From an uncultured Nitrososphaerales archaeon (GTDB lineage Archaea > Thermoproteota > Nitrososphaeria > Nitrososphaerales > Nitrososphaeraceae), in assembly GCA_963709405.1 (NCBI GenBank), contig CAVPXM010000030.1, positions 160,001 through 224,000 of the forward strand: 64,000 nucleotides of DNA, in the 5' to 3' direction. The stretch's first letter is position 1. The number at the start of each line of letters is the position of its first letter. Positions 24,506 through 34,445 of the stretch are shown here, one piece after another. A program made the position numbers and the translations under genes. Under the pieces are notes generated by a model, which worked only from the letters and a program-made list of their open reading frames with translations, searched no databases and had not been told where the DNA came from.

Positions 24506-24763
24506 TTATCGTATTTCTATGTATGAGTAGTCTTTCTTCACATCTGTTCCGCGCTTCATTTCTTTTCTCGAATTTGTAACTAAAAAACCTGTCAGTACTT
24601 CCGAAATTATGAGTCCCAGTAGTAGAAGATTTGGAACGGTTCCCTCCTTCTGTCCGAAAATTAGGCCTAATTGAGCCCCAAATAGCACGACTACGAGTAT
24701 CGTCACAAGTATACCTATGGAAATTATTGTACCAAGGATGTGACGCCGTGTGAACCGTATCAT
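24506..24763 (-). CDS. Small two-TM passenger protein
   Basis: 85-aa ATG ORF with two hydrophobic helices; TATA-like sequence ~25-30 bp upstream, just inside the right end. Confidence 0.55.
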   Translation of the reverse strand: MIRFTRRHILGTIISIGILVTILVVVLFGAQLGLIFGQKEGTVPNLLLLGLIISEVLTGFLVTNSRKEMKRGTDVKKDYSYIEIR

Positions 24764-24903
24764 GACGAAATATTCTCCTTCGTAGCGATATAAATAACTT
24801 AATAAACTTCAGTAGATCGGCAGAGACTCCCGGTATGCAACGTCTAGCACCCGAATGCATCAGTCATTCAAAGCTCCCGATTTTGCAGCAGGACTTTCTA
24901 AGG

Positions 24904-24914
24904 AAAAGAATATA
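24904..24914 (+). promoter_or_regulatory. Putative BRE/TATA of the PadR gene
   Basis: AAAAGAATATA about 27-37 bp upstream of the ATG at 24941, spacing typical of leaderless archaeal mRNAs. Confidence 0.5.
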
Positions 24915-24940
24915 ACTGTCACTAGCGATATTAGCAGTGG

Positions 24941-25450
24941 ATGCTTTCGCATTGGTTTTCTCGTGTTGGTAGTTCTATTCCAAGAGGATTTTCTAGACAT
25001 TATGTTTTGGGTTTACTTAAGGAAAAACCAATGACAGGAAAGGAGATCATGGACAGAGCAATATATGAAAGTGACGGAAAATGGAGGCCATCTCCGGGCT
25101 TGATATATCCTATGCTGGGAAGATTACTTGAAGAGGGTCTAATCGATGAAATAGAAAACGGCAGATATAGGACTACCCAGAGCGGGGAAGATACAGCTGC
25201 TGATATGAAATCTTTGCACAACATTGTACAAAAGCAGTTAGATGTTATACTTCGAGTGGGAAACGTGGGCAAATTTATGGCGTTTGATCTGATAGATAGA
25301 GTGTCTGCAATAGGATCCGCACTGAGTTCAAATCTAGATAGAATGACCGAACAAGAAAAGGAAAAATACAAAGAATTTCTCTTAACTGAGTTAGCCAAAC
25401 TTGACGACCAAGAAAATATCAATCAGAAGATCACTTTAGAGCAAGAATAG
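24941..25450 (+). CDS. PadR-family transcriptional regulator
   Basis: PMTGKEIM...[21 protein letters not shown]. Confidence 0.9.
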   Translation: MLSHWFSRVGSSIPRGFSRHYVLGLLKEKPMTGKEIMDRAIYESDGKWRPSPGLIYPMLGRLLEEGLIDEIENGRYRTTQSGEDTAADMKSLHNIVQKQLDVILRVGNVGKFMAFDLIDRVSAIGSALSSNLDRMTEQEKEKYKEFLLTELAKLDDQENINQKITLEQE

Positions 25451-25720
25451 CTAAATCACTGCCTTGCCTTCGAAATGGGTCTAAGCTTCTAATAGCTCCA
25501 TCAAAAATTGTAGTAATAACCAAGCCTAAAGTATCCGTAAAACACGGCATTTTGACATATTTTCAATCTGATGATTGACCACAATTAGTGGTGAACCAAA
25601 AGTCTGAAACTTAATGTAACTAACAATTATCGGTGAACTAACTTTGACATTGACTGATTATTTTAAAATTTTGTATTGCTAATCCTTTTAATAACGTTAA
25701 TAATCTAAGAATCTGTTAGT

Positions 25721-26629
25721 TTGTCTGACGATATCTCCGTAATATCTGGGCCTTCTTCTTCAGAGCTAGCAAATAATATTGCAGCTAATCTAAATGTGAG
25801 CCCGGTCCTTGCAGAAGTCTGCATCTTCAATGATGGTGAGAGCAAGATTAGAATGCCCAAAATTCTTAAGAAGAATTGTGTAATTGTACAGTCCACATAT
25901 CCTCCAGCAGATCGGCATCTTCTACAAGCTTTAATGATGATAAGAAAATGCTCTGAAGATAAGGTCACTAATATTATTGCAGTGATACCATATATGGCAT
26001 ACGCCAGACAAGACAGAGAGTTTTTACCAGGGGAGGTGGTTACGATGTCATTAATCGCTAGGCTTTTGGAAAGTGTAGGCACTAGGCAGCTGATTACGAT
26101 TGATGCTCATAGCTCAGCATCACTGTCGCATTTTAGCATCAATGTCCAAAACGTTTCTTCAATTCCTTTATTCGCAAGTTATGCTGAAGAAAATCTGAAA
26201 TTGGATAATCCACTAATAGTCTCACCAGATCTGGGAGGCGCGGTGAGGGCGAAGACGCTTGCGTCCATTTTAAAAACTGACTCTATAGCCCTGATTAAGA
26301 GTCGCGATAAATCTACTGGCGAAGTAACAATTGAACGCGAAAAACCAGCTTACCAAATCGACAAGAACGATGCAATTATTCTGGACGATATCATAAGCAC
26401 TGGAGATAGTATAGTTAAGGCATGTGAGGCACTTAGACAATTTGGTTTATGTGGAAAAATATTTGTAATGTGTACTCACGCGCTCCTAATTAAAAATGCG
26501 ACGCAAAAAATCAAAGCAGCAGGTGTAAAGGAGATTATTGCAACAAATTCTGTCCCAAATGAATTCGCAAGAGTAGATCTTAGCCCAATAATATGCGCAC
26601 CTCTAAGATCTCTAGCCAAAGTGCAATAG
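25721..26629 (+). CDS. prs: Ribose-phosphate pyrophosphokinase
   Basis: FNDGE, PYMAYARQDR, VSPDLGG, ILDDIISTG. Confidence 0.95.
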   Translation: MSDDISVISGPSSSELANNIAANLNVSPVLAEVCIFNDGESKIRMPKILKKNCVIVQSTYPPADRHLLQALMMIRKCSEDKVTNIIAVIPYMAYARQDREFLPGEVVTMSLIARLLESVGTRQLITIDAHSSASLSHFSINVQNVSSIPLFASYAEENLKLDNPLIVSPDLGGAVRAKTLASILKTDSIALIKSRDKSTGEVTIEREKPAYQIDKNDAIILDDIISTGDSIVKACEALRQFGLCGKIFVMCTHALLIKNATQKIKAAGVKEIIATNSVPNEFARVDLSPIICAPLRSLAKVQ

Positions 26630-26834
26630 GTCTGCTCGATCTACGATATGCCGGCTTTGCTTTTTAGTTTACACAATGCCGACAATTTAGAAAAATCTTG
26701 ATGTTTAAATTCAGATGTATAATCATGATAGTACATGAAACCGTTACACAATTTAAAACTAGGATGATCTTCTCAATATACTTTTAGAGAATGAGGATAT
26801 AAAATGAAAGTTGCGGGGTGATTGCTTGGTAAAT

Positions 26835-27748
26835 ATGCAAATAACATTTCTTGGTACATCGGCTGCAACTCCTACCACACATAGAGGACTATCGTCACTT
26901 GCCATATTACGAGCAAACGAAGTCTTATTGTTCGACGCCGGAGAAGGAATGCAACTCAACTTCATAAAGTCAAAACTGGGAGTGAATAAAAAGATGAAGA
27001 TATTCATCACCCATATGCATGCGGATCATTGTCTTGGATTATTGGGTCTATTGCAAACCATGTCTCTACAGGGTAGGGAAAATAAAATAGATATCTACGG
27101 TCAGCCTAAATTAGCAGAGTTCGTTAATGAGAATGTTAGAATAATTAATTTTGGTCTGTCTTATGACGTAAATCTTCACATTATTGATTCTGAGGGACTA
27201 GTATGTAGAGAGAAGGATTACGAGGTTACATGTTGCAGTGCAAAACATTCAATTTCGGCATTTTCCTACTGCCTCACAGAGGGTAATAGGCCTGGCATTT
27301 TCAATATTCTCGAGGCTAAGCGGTTGGGTGTTCCTGAAGGAGAACTGTACGGAAGACTACAAAATGGTGAAGATATTACCTTCAATGGAAAAACCATACG
27401 ATCCAGCCAGATTGTGGGATCCAGTCGACTTGGCCGTAAAGTTGGAATATCCGGGGACACCAGACCCACAGAAAAGCTTACGACGATTCTTTATGGATTG
27501 TGATGTTCTTGTATTTGAATCTACTTATAGTCACAAATTAAAAAGGAAAGCAGTTTTGAATTTTCATTCTACGGCAAAGGAAGCGGCAATGTTAAGCAGC
27601 ACGATCTGGAGTTAGGAAACTGCTTCTTACCCATTTTAGCGCCAGATATAGTACTACATTCGATCTGCTTAATGAAGCTAAATCAGTACATAATAACGTC
27701 GACGCGGCTGAAGATTTAATGGTAGTCCCAATACCGTATCGAGAATAG
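26835..27748 (+). CDS. rnz: Ribonuclease Z (frameshifts near 27480 and 27600)
   Basis: FLGTSAATPT, FDAGEG, THMHADH, SGDTRP, FESTY, HST, THFSARY. Confidence 0.92.
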
Positions 27749-27962
27749 CTATATCTCATTATTGTTAACATCTTAACATACTTGTTAATTATCATTTTTT
27801 CTTGAATTATAGATAGTAGGCTTAATGAAGCAGCAATTCTAGATTAGCAAATATGAGTACCAAACGTAACAACATCTGATTTGGTGTTACCTGTTTGCTC
27901 GAGTAAATGTTGGGACAGATGTATATTCATCAGAATCTGCAATCAATGAGTAGCTTGTTGTT

Positions 27963-28553
27963 TTATATGTTTGCAGACTTCTCCGACACTACCAACCCAA
28001 AAACAGCGTTAGACCCGGCGGTGATATTCAAAGGTTCTGCTAATCCTCTTCCTATTGCGATTACGTTGCCATTTTTATCATATAGTGTAGCAATGATTAG
28101 TGTATTAGTTGAATTAGCTTTGGCATTGTTGACCACTATTCCGTTGATATAGTAAAAGCCAAAAATATCTAATCGCGAGTTAGTTGGATTGACCTCGAGT
28201 CTCACGGGTTTCAACTTATTCTCAGCAGGGCTTGAGCTTATTTCTGTGGATATCTTGAAATCTCTAACCTGGTTAACAGTTTTGCTATCTATATACAAAA
28301 TTTCAAATGGGGATATGCCTCCCGGATTAAGTTTACTTAGTTCTGTCGACCTGTTGAATTCATTCAACAATTTGCCATTATCGTCAAAAAATGAAGCCTT
28401 TACCACCACATTTGACATGGGCTTGGTTGATAAGTTCCTTACCTCTCCATACAGATGCATAATTCCGTTTTCATCTACGAAGGACGATGTTTTCCCAATC
28501 TCAATGTCCGACGGAGCTATTCTGGCTGAAATCCCATTCATGAGCGGTGCCAC
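27963..28553 (-). CDS. FxLYD-domain exported protein (both ends uncertain)
   Basis: Tandem GEVRN...ASFFDDNG and ATLYDKNGNVI repeats. Confidence 0.7.
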   Translation of the reverse strand: MAPLMNGISARIAPSDIEIGKTSSFVDENGIMHLYGEVRNLSTKPMSNVVVKASFFDDNGKLLNEFNRSTELSKLNPGGISPFEILYIDSKTVNQVRDFKISTEISSSPAENKLKPVRLEVNPTNSRLDIFGFYYINGIVVNNAKANSTNTLIIATLYDKNGNVIAIGRGLAEPLNITAGSNAVFGLVVSEKSANI

Positions 28554-28756
28554 TAAAAGTAGGATTACGAAAACGTTAGTAAAATTATTTAATGACGTAC
28601 AAAAAATTGGTAGTTACAGGTTATAATCTGTTTTGCCTTTTGGATTATACTCCTAGATTTTGTAATCAAATTCCATGGACCATTTGTAATTTGAAAGGAT
28701 GAAATACTATTATATGGAAGGGGTTATAATATGATGAACAGTAGAAGTTCTTCTTA

Positions 28757-29647
28757 ATGCATACAACATTAACATGCCCTGGATGCAGTAAAGGTCATCT
28801 AATTGCTGACGCTGATACTGGAGAGATAATTTGCGACAGCTGTGGTTTGGTTCAAGTTTCTGATTACCAGGATCGCAGTCTGTTAACGGCTTCTATTAAA
28901 TATCCAAGTAGAAGCAATGTGGGCTCGTCAAACTTTGCATTAATCTGTAGGGATATCGAATATTCTACAGTAATTGATAGGGCAAATACCGATGCTAGGG
29001 GTCATAAACTAGATCCAAGCACATTATCTAGAATGCAGAGATTGCGTACGTGGGATTTCAGACTTCGTACTGATTCTAACGCGGCTAGGAACATTAAACA
29101 AGCACTAAATGAGCTGGATGCCCTAAAGGATAAGCTTGGTCTTCCAGATGCTGTACTTGAGAAAGCGTCATATATATATAGAAAAGCTCAGGTGAAGGGT
29201 CTAGTTCATGGAAGATCGATATCTGCAATCTTATGTACTGCAGTATACATCGCTTGTAGGGAGATGGGTACTCCCAGAACGCTGAAGGAAATCTCTGTGA
29301 TTGCGAACCTTGAAAGAAAGGATATTGCAAGGGACTATAGACTACTTGTAACTGAGCTTGATCTTCAAATCCCATTACTCGATCCTTTGAAATGTATTGT
29401 GGGAGTGGCAAATAGAATAAATATAAGCGAAAAAACTAAACGGCTCGCTCTTGATTCAATGAGTGAGATAATAAGAACCGAAATCTCTGCCGGGAAGAAT
29501 CCTATGGGACTAGCTGCTACAGTCCTTTACGTTTCATGTCTTAAGAATAAAGAGAACAAAACACAGGCAGATATTGCACGAGCTGCAGGAATAACTGAGG
29601 TCACAATTAGGAATAGATACAGCGATTTGAAACGTACCATGATTTAA
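28757..29647 (+). CDS. tfb: Transcription initiation factor IIB paralog
   Basis: CPGC...CDSCG zinc ribbon; cyclin repeats YIACR..GTPRTL and GKNPMGLAA, ITEVTIRNRY. Confidence 0.93.
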   Translation: MHTTLTCPGCSKGHLIADADTGEIICDSCGLVQVSDYQDRSLLTASIKYPSRSNVGSSNFALICRDIEYSTVIDRANTDARGHKLDPSTLSRMQRLRTWDFRLRTDSNAARNIKQALNELDALKDKLGLPDAVLEKASYIYRKAQVKGLVHGRSISAILCTAVYIACREMGTPRTLKEISVIANLERKDIARDYRLLVTELDLQIPLLDPLKCIVGVANRINISEKTKRLALDSMSEIIRTEISAGKNPMGLAATVLYVSCLKNKENKTQADIARAAGITEVTIRNRYSDLKRTMI

Positions 29648-30090
29648 TATACTTCTTCTTCCGTCGATATTTGTTAGACATTGGTACCAGAGATCTAGGT
29701 CTTGAGACGCTCTAGTTGAGGTTAAAATTCTCAAAGCTGTGCATGTCTGTATACTCAGAGGTTTAGTGAACCTATTCCTGCGCCTCTGTCATCTCGCAGA
29801 AGCACAAATGTAATTTACATTATTACATTTTATGGATTGTTTGGAATTTGTTAAACGATATTTTTCTATGGTGATGACTTTCCTCACACAGATTCAACTA
29901 CCTTATCATCAATTACTTTCCGTATCTTCAATCTAATGGAGAAAGGCGGCTAGTCCTGCCAAGAGTTGCACATCATCATATCCAAGACGCATATTGATAC
30001 CTATTCGTGCAACAATAAATTGTCCACGATCAGAATATACACCATCTTTCGTTTACTTAATAAGCTGACCTAAGAGAATATTATGTCGTA

Positions 30091-31284
30091 ATGTCTAAGA
30101 TTTATGACGTTATCATAGCCGGTGGTAGTATTTCTGGTCTTATGGCCGCACGAGAATTATCTAGTCACAATGGAATTTCTGTCCTGGTTCTGGAAGAGGA
30201 TTATGAAGTTGGAACTCCTGAACATTGTGGCGGACTTGTTAGTATGGGCGCGATTGAAAAACTTCAAATCCTTCCATCGGTTGCGTCAATACAAAATAAG
30301 ATTAAAAACGCAAAAATCCTATCTCCGTCCAATGATTTTGTTATTGATGCAGGAAATCAGAAGGTTATCGTACTAAATAGAAGGGAATTAGATAAACAGA
30401 TTGCTTTTGAAGCTCAAGATGCTGGCGCTGAAATAAGAGTTAGGTGTTCAGTAAGATCAGTGGTTGAGTGTGCTCATACTATTGATTCAAATATTATGGA
30501 TGATGGAAATCTCTATTCGGTGTCGACTTCAGAAGGAGAGATGAAATGTAAATACTTTATAGATGCCAGAGGGATAGGATCGATAATTCATAAAAATAGA
30601 ACTGGGGTATTGCAAACTGCACAGTATGAAGTCTACGCACCATGGATCGACAGTGATACTATTGAGGTGAAATTTGACAATATTAGATTTCCTGGATTCT
30701 TTGCTTGGATTATACCTACGGATTCAGGAAAAGGCAAGGTGGGTGTAGGTGGTAGAGCATTAAACGTGGCCGATGCGTTGAAATCCTATTTGGATAGTAA
30801 AGGATCAAGATACACCATTGTTAGAAAGGTTTATTCTCCTATTTGGGTCATGGGTCCATTAGAAAGTTTCCTATGCGGACGCAGGTATGTGGTCGTAGGA
30901 GATGCAGCTGGACAAACTAAACCAACGACAGCTGGTGGAATCTATACATGCGGAATGGGCGGTATACTTGCTGGGAGATCTATGGCAAATGCAATAGAAA
31001 CATGTAATCAGGATCTGCTAAAGGAATACGAAAAGGAATGGTTCTTACTGTTCAATACTGAGTTTAATAAAATGCTGCTAGCAAGAAAGATCTTTGAGCG
31101 ATTGGATAATAGGGGATTGGACGAAATATTTGCCTCTGTTTCTCATTCAGAAATTGATCTTGTTTCTCAAACAGGGGATTTCGACTTCCATTCAACAGCG
31201 TTGTCAAGGATAATTGGAGCAAAAAAAGCTACTGGCATTATAAAGTCGGTGTTGAGTAATGAAATAAGGCGCTTATTAGATTAA
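30091..31284 (+). CDS. Geranylgeranyl reductase-family FAD oxidoreductase
   Basis: IIAGGSISG, EHCGG, FAWIIP, VGDAAGQTKPTTAGGI. Confidence 0.9.
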   Translation: MSKIYDVIIAGGSISGLMAARELSSHNGISVLVLEEDYEVGTPEHCGGLVSMGAIEKLQILPSVASIQNKIKNAKILSPSNDFVIDAGNQKVIVLNRRELDKQIAFEAQDAGAEIRVRCSVRSVVECAHTIDSNIMDDGNLYSVSTSEGEMKCKYFIDARGIGSIIHKNRTGVLQTAQYEVYAPWIDSDTIEVKFDNIRFPGFFAWIIPTDSGKGKVGVGGRALNVADALKSYLDSKGSRYTIVRKVYSPIWVMGPLESFLCGRRYVVVGDAAGQTKPTTAGGIYTCGMGGILAGRSMANAIETCNQDLLKEYEKEWFLLFNTEFNKMLLARKIFERLDNRGLDEIFASVSHSEIDLVSQTGDFDFHSTALSRIIGAKKATGIIKSVLSNEIRRLLD

Positions 31285-31326
31285 GCAAGGTATAAATTCG
31301 GATATTGATCTTCAAACGATACATAT

Positions 31327-31506
31327 ATGTCGAAACCTTTGCAACTACCAGTCTGTACATCTTGTAATCGTGCCATTATGCCGAATGATGAATGTGTCAA
31401 ATATTATTGTCCTAATTGCGGATATGTCCTAATATGGCGATGTCAAAGTTGTAGGGAATTTGCTAGGGTTTACAAGTGCGTCGGTTGCGGGCTAGAGGGA
31501 CCTTAA
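31327..31506 (+). CDS. Zinc-ribbon small protein (DUF1610/HVO_2753 family; not in ORF track)
   Basis: 59 aa with four CxxC pairs (CTSC, CPNC, CQSC, CVGC) ending GLEGP; canonical position before EF-1beta. Confidence 0.9.
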   Translation: MSKPLQLPVCTSCNRAIMPNDECVKYYCPNCGYVLIWRCQSCREFARVYKCVGCGLEGP

Positions 31507-31507
31507 G

Positions 31508-31789
31508 ATGACCAGGTTGGTTGCCAGGATTAAAATTCTCCCTGCGGAAGCTGACACAGATCTAGATAAACTAGTGGATTCACTCAACGAACAGATCCCA
31601 ACAGGAATGGAGTTAAAAACACACGTGAGGGAGCCATTAGCATTCGGAGTAAATGTCATTCTAGGAGATTTTCTGATTGATGATGAGGAAGGACAAATGG
31701 ACAAATTAGAAGAATCCATTAAGAAAACTGAAGGAGTTGGTGAAATTGATGTGGTTAGCATTAGTAGGCAGTCTGTAAAAATGAAATAA
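31508..31789 (+). CDS. ef1b: Elongation factor 1-beta
   Basis: KILP...EPLAFG...DDEEG..DKLEE. Confidence 0.93.
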   Translation: MTRLVARIKILPAEADTDLDKLVDSLNEQIPTGMELKTHVREPLAFGVNVILGDFLIDDEEGQMDKLEESIKKTEGVGEIDVVSISRQSVKMK

Positions 31790-31832
31790 TCAAAGTGAAG
31801 GAACTTAGGCCGGAGGTTGTATAAATAGTCAT

Positions 31833-34037
31833 TTGAAAAGACCTCAAGGGAAGAAAAATAAGGATCAGGGAACTGCCAAGAAAATTCAGTTAAGAGTAGC
31901 TGAAGCAAAACATCGGGATGTTGGTAAACGTAGAGCAAGAATAGACTCTGAACCCATGCGTCAGCTTGGCATCGAACCAGGTCAAGTAATAGAATTGATA
32001 GGTAAAAGAAATACTGCAGTGATTGGATGGCAAGCTGATGATGAACAGGACCATGATGTTATTAGAATTGATGGACAAACAAGAAAAAATGCTGGTATAG
32101 GAATTAATGATTTGCTTTCAATAAAGCCGATAAATGCTAAATCTGCAAAAGTAGTGGTTTTGCTACCCCTTGCTAATAATAATGTTGTTATTGATAAAGA
32201 ATTTTGCGAATTTGTAAAGAATAGACTGCGTGGCTATCCGGTCACAGCTGGTGATGAAATATCAGTTATTATTCTGGGGAACTCCATAGATTTCAAAGTC
32301 GAAAAAGTGGTTCCAAAAACTATCGTCAAGATTGATAGTTCAACAAAACTGAGCATACTGGCTGAAACTACTCTCGACAAGAAACCTCGGATTACGTACG
32401 AAGAGATCGGTGGTCTACAAGATCAGATAAAGCGTCTACGTGAGATTGTTGAACTACCCCTCAGGCACCCGGAGGTATTTACAAGACTAGGGATTGAACC
32501 GCACAATGGGATACTAATGTATGGATCTCCAGGCTGCGGCAAGACACTGATCGCAAAAGCCCTCGCCTCAGAGTCAGAAGCTAACTTCTACATAATAAAT
32601 GGCCCAGAAATAGTCAATAAATACTATGGAGAGACAGAAGCAAGGCTAAGGGACATCTTTAAAGAAGCACGGGACTCAGCCCCTAGTATAATTTTCATCG
32701 ACGAAATAGATGCGATAGCACCCAAACGAGAAGAGGCATTTGGAGATGTGGAAAAGCGAGTTGTTGCACAATTGCTTGCTCTTATGGACGGCATGTCCGA
32801 ACGCGGAAATGTCATTGTCCTTGGTGCTACAAATAGGCCGGAGAGTATAGATCCTGCTTTAAGACGTCCTGGTAGATTTGATAGGGAGATTGAGGTTGGA
32901 GTACCAAATGCTGAAGGGCGACTCGAAATCCTTCAGATCCACACTAGAGGGATGCCTCTCACATCCGATGATATAGACCTTAAAGGTCTAGCGGCTGAGC
33001 TTCACGGATATACTGGTGCTGATATTAAAGCCCTTTGTAGGGAAGCGGCAATGAAGGCACTCCGTAGATATCTACCGGAGATTGATCTTGAAGGTGACAA
33101 AATCTCAAGAGAGACCCTAGAGATGATGCAGATAAGAAATAAGGACTTCAGAGAGGGAATGAAGGAAATTATTCCTACTGCGATGAGAGAATTCTATGTA
33201 GAGGTTGCAAGAGTTAAGTGGAATGATGTAGGAGGGTTGTATGACGCAAAACGGACGCTATATGATAATCTTATTACTGCAATTAAGGAGCCTGATAAAT
33301 TTACTAAAATGGGTATTAAACCTCCTAGAGGAGCGCTACTCTTCGGTCCTCCAGGTTGTGGCAAGACACTCATCGCAAAATCACTTGCGACTGAAAGTGG
33401 TGCTAATATCATAGTGGTGAGAGGACCAGAGATATTATCTAAATGGGTCGGCGAGTCAGAAAAGGCTATACGGGAAATATTTAGAAAAGCGAAAGCTTCA
33501 TCCCCATGTGTAGTTGTGTTTGATGAGTTAGATTCCTTGGCAAGACCAAGGGGTGAAGATGACCCATCTGGTAATGAGCGGGTGCTTTCTCAGCTGTTAA
33601 CAGAAATGGATGATTCCGGGAGCGCTGGAGTTATTGTGACGGGTATTACCAATAGACCAGATTTAATCGACACGTCGTTATTGCGTCCTGGCAGACTTGA
33701 TCTTATTTTGTATATATCACCGCCCGATGAGAATGGAAGATATGAAATCCTAAAAATCTTAACAAGCTCGATGCCTCTTACTCCAGACGTTCAGCTGGAA
33801 GAAGTAGCTTATTCGACCAAAGGTTTTAGTGGGGCTGACTTGGTCGCGCTTGCGAGGGAATCAGCGGTAAATGCAATGCGGAACAAGTCCATGGTTATTT
33901 CGAGGGAAGATTTTGAAAAGGCACTTCGCCTCGTGAAACCATCGATAACTAAGGAAATTGAGGATTGGTACGAAAATATGCGAAAATCAGTCACTTACAG
34001 TATCCCTAGACCTTCAGACAAATCGTTCTATAGCTGA
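31833..34037 (+). CDS. cdc48: Cdc48/VCP AAA+ ATPase
   Basis: N domain plus two AAA modules (GSPGCGKT, GPPGCGKT, RPGRFDRE). Confidence 0.96.
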   Translation: MKRPQGKKNKDQGTAKKIQLRVAEAKHRDVGKRRARIDSEPMRQLGIEPGQVIELIGKRNTAVIGWQADDEQDHDVIRIDGQTRKNAGIGINDLLSIKPINAKSAKVVVLLPLANNNVVIDKEFCEFVKNRLRGYPVTAGDEISVIILGNSIDFKVEKVVPKTIVKIDSSTKLSILAETTLDKKPRITYEEIGGLQDQIKRLREIVELPLRHPEVFTRLGIEPHNGILMYGSPGCGKTLIAKALASESEANFYIINGPEIVNKYYGETEARLRDIFKEARDSAPSIIFIDEIDAIAPKREEAFGDVEKRVVAQLLALMDGMSERGNVIVLGATNRPESIDPALRRPGRFDREIEVGVPNAEGRLEILQIHTRGMPLTSDDIDLKGLAAELHGYTGADIKALCREAAMKALRRYLPEIDLEGDKISRETLEMMQIRNKDFREGMKEIIPTAMREFYVEVARVKWNDVGGLYDAKRTLYDNLITAIKEPDKFTKMGIKPPRGALLFGPPGCGKTLIAKSLATESGANIIVVRGPEILSKWVGESEKAIREIFRKAKASSPCVVVFDELDSLARPRGEDDPSGNERVLSQLLTEMDDSGSAGVIVTGITNRPDLIDTSLLRPGRLDLILYISPPDENGRYEILKILTSSMPLTPDVQLEEVAYSTKGFSGADLVALARESAVNAMRNKSMVISREDFEKALRLVKPSITKEIEDWYENMRKSVTYSIPRPSDKSFYS

Positions 34038-34157
34038 AGCGTTTCATTACACACTCACCTCCAAACTTTTATGACGACACGCTCTAATGATGGTGGTAAC
34101 CGCGTGTTACGATTTCATACTGTTGATATATAGCTGTTGTACACTTTGCAATACTAG

Positions 34158-34364
34158 ATGAAATATCCGCTGCGTAACTTGATTTATGAAAAGATAAAGG
34201 AAACCGGCAATACCACTGACGCAGATCTGATGAGTGGCTTGACTAGGGACAATATTTCACTTACTCATGCTGACCTCGATAAGACACTACTGGATCTTGA
34301 AATATATGGTCTGATCAAAGTATCTTGGATTACTAAGGACAAACGTAGAATCGAGTCTGTTTAA
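34158..34364 (+). CDS. Small conserved winged-helix-like protein
   Basis: LDKTLLDLEIYGLIKVSW; ATG preceded by a TATA-like sequence. Confidence 0.7.
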   Translation: MKYPLRNLIYEKIKETGNTTDADLMSGLTRDNISLTHADLDKTLLDLEIYGLIKVSWITKDKRRIESV

Positions 34365-34445
34365 TTTAACTTCATCTCTGACTAGCAAGATGCAATGTAG
34401 AACGAGTATTTGTTATGGCTAGTGTGAGTTTGAGCCTGTGTACAT

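Larger units (their letters stand above)
22716..24895. mobile_element. IS6-like element (2180 bp) with passenger genes, ~70-bp inverted ends and 8-bp target duplication
   Basis: Terminal IR AGTCCTGCTGCAA(T/A)ATCGGG, 19/20 match; TTCTAAGG at 22708-22715 and 24896-24903; internal DDE transposase. Confidence 0.88.

Noticed and set aside
24453-24860. 135-aa ORF at the right end of the element
   Set aside because: Starts inside the terminal repeat motifs and overlaps the better-supported two-TM ORF 24506-24763
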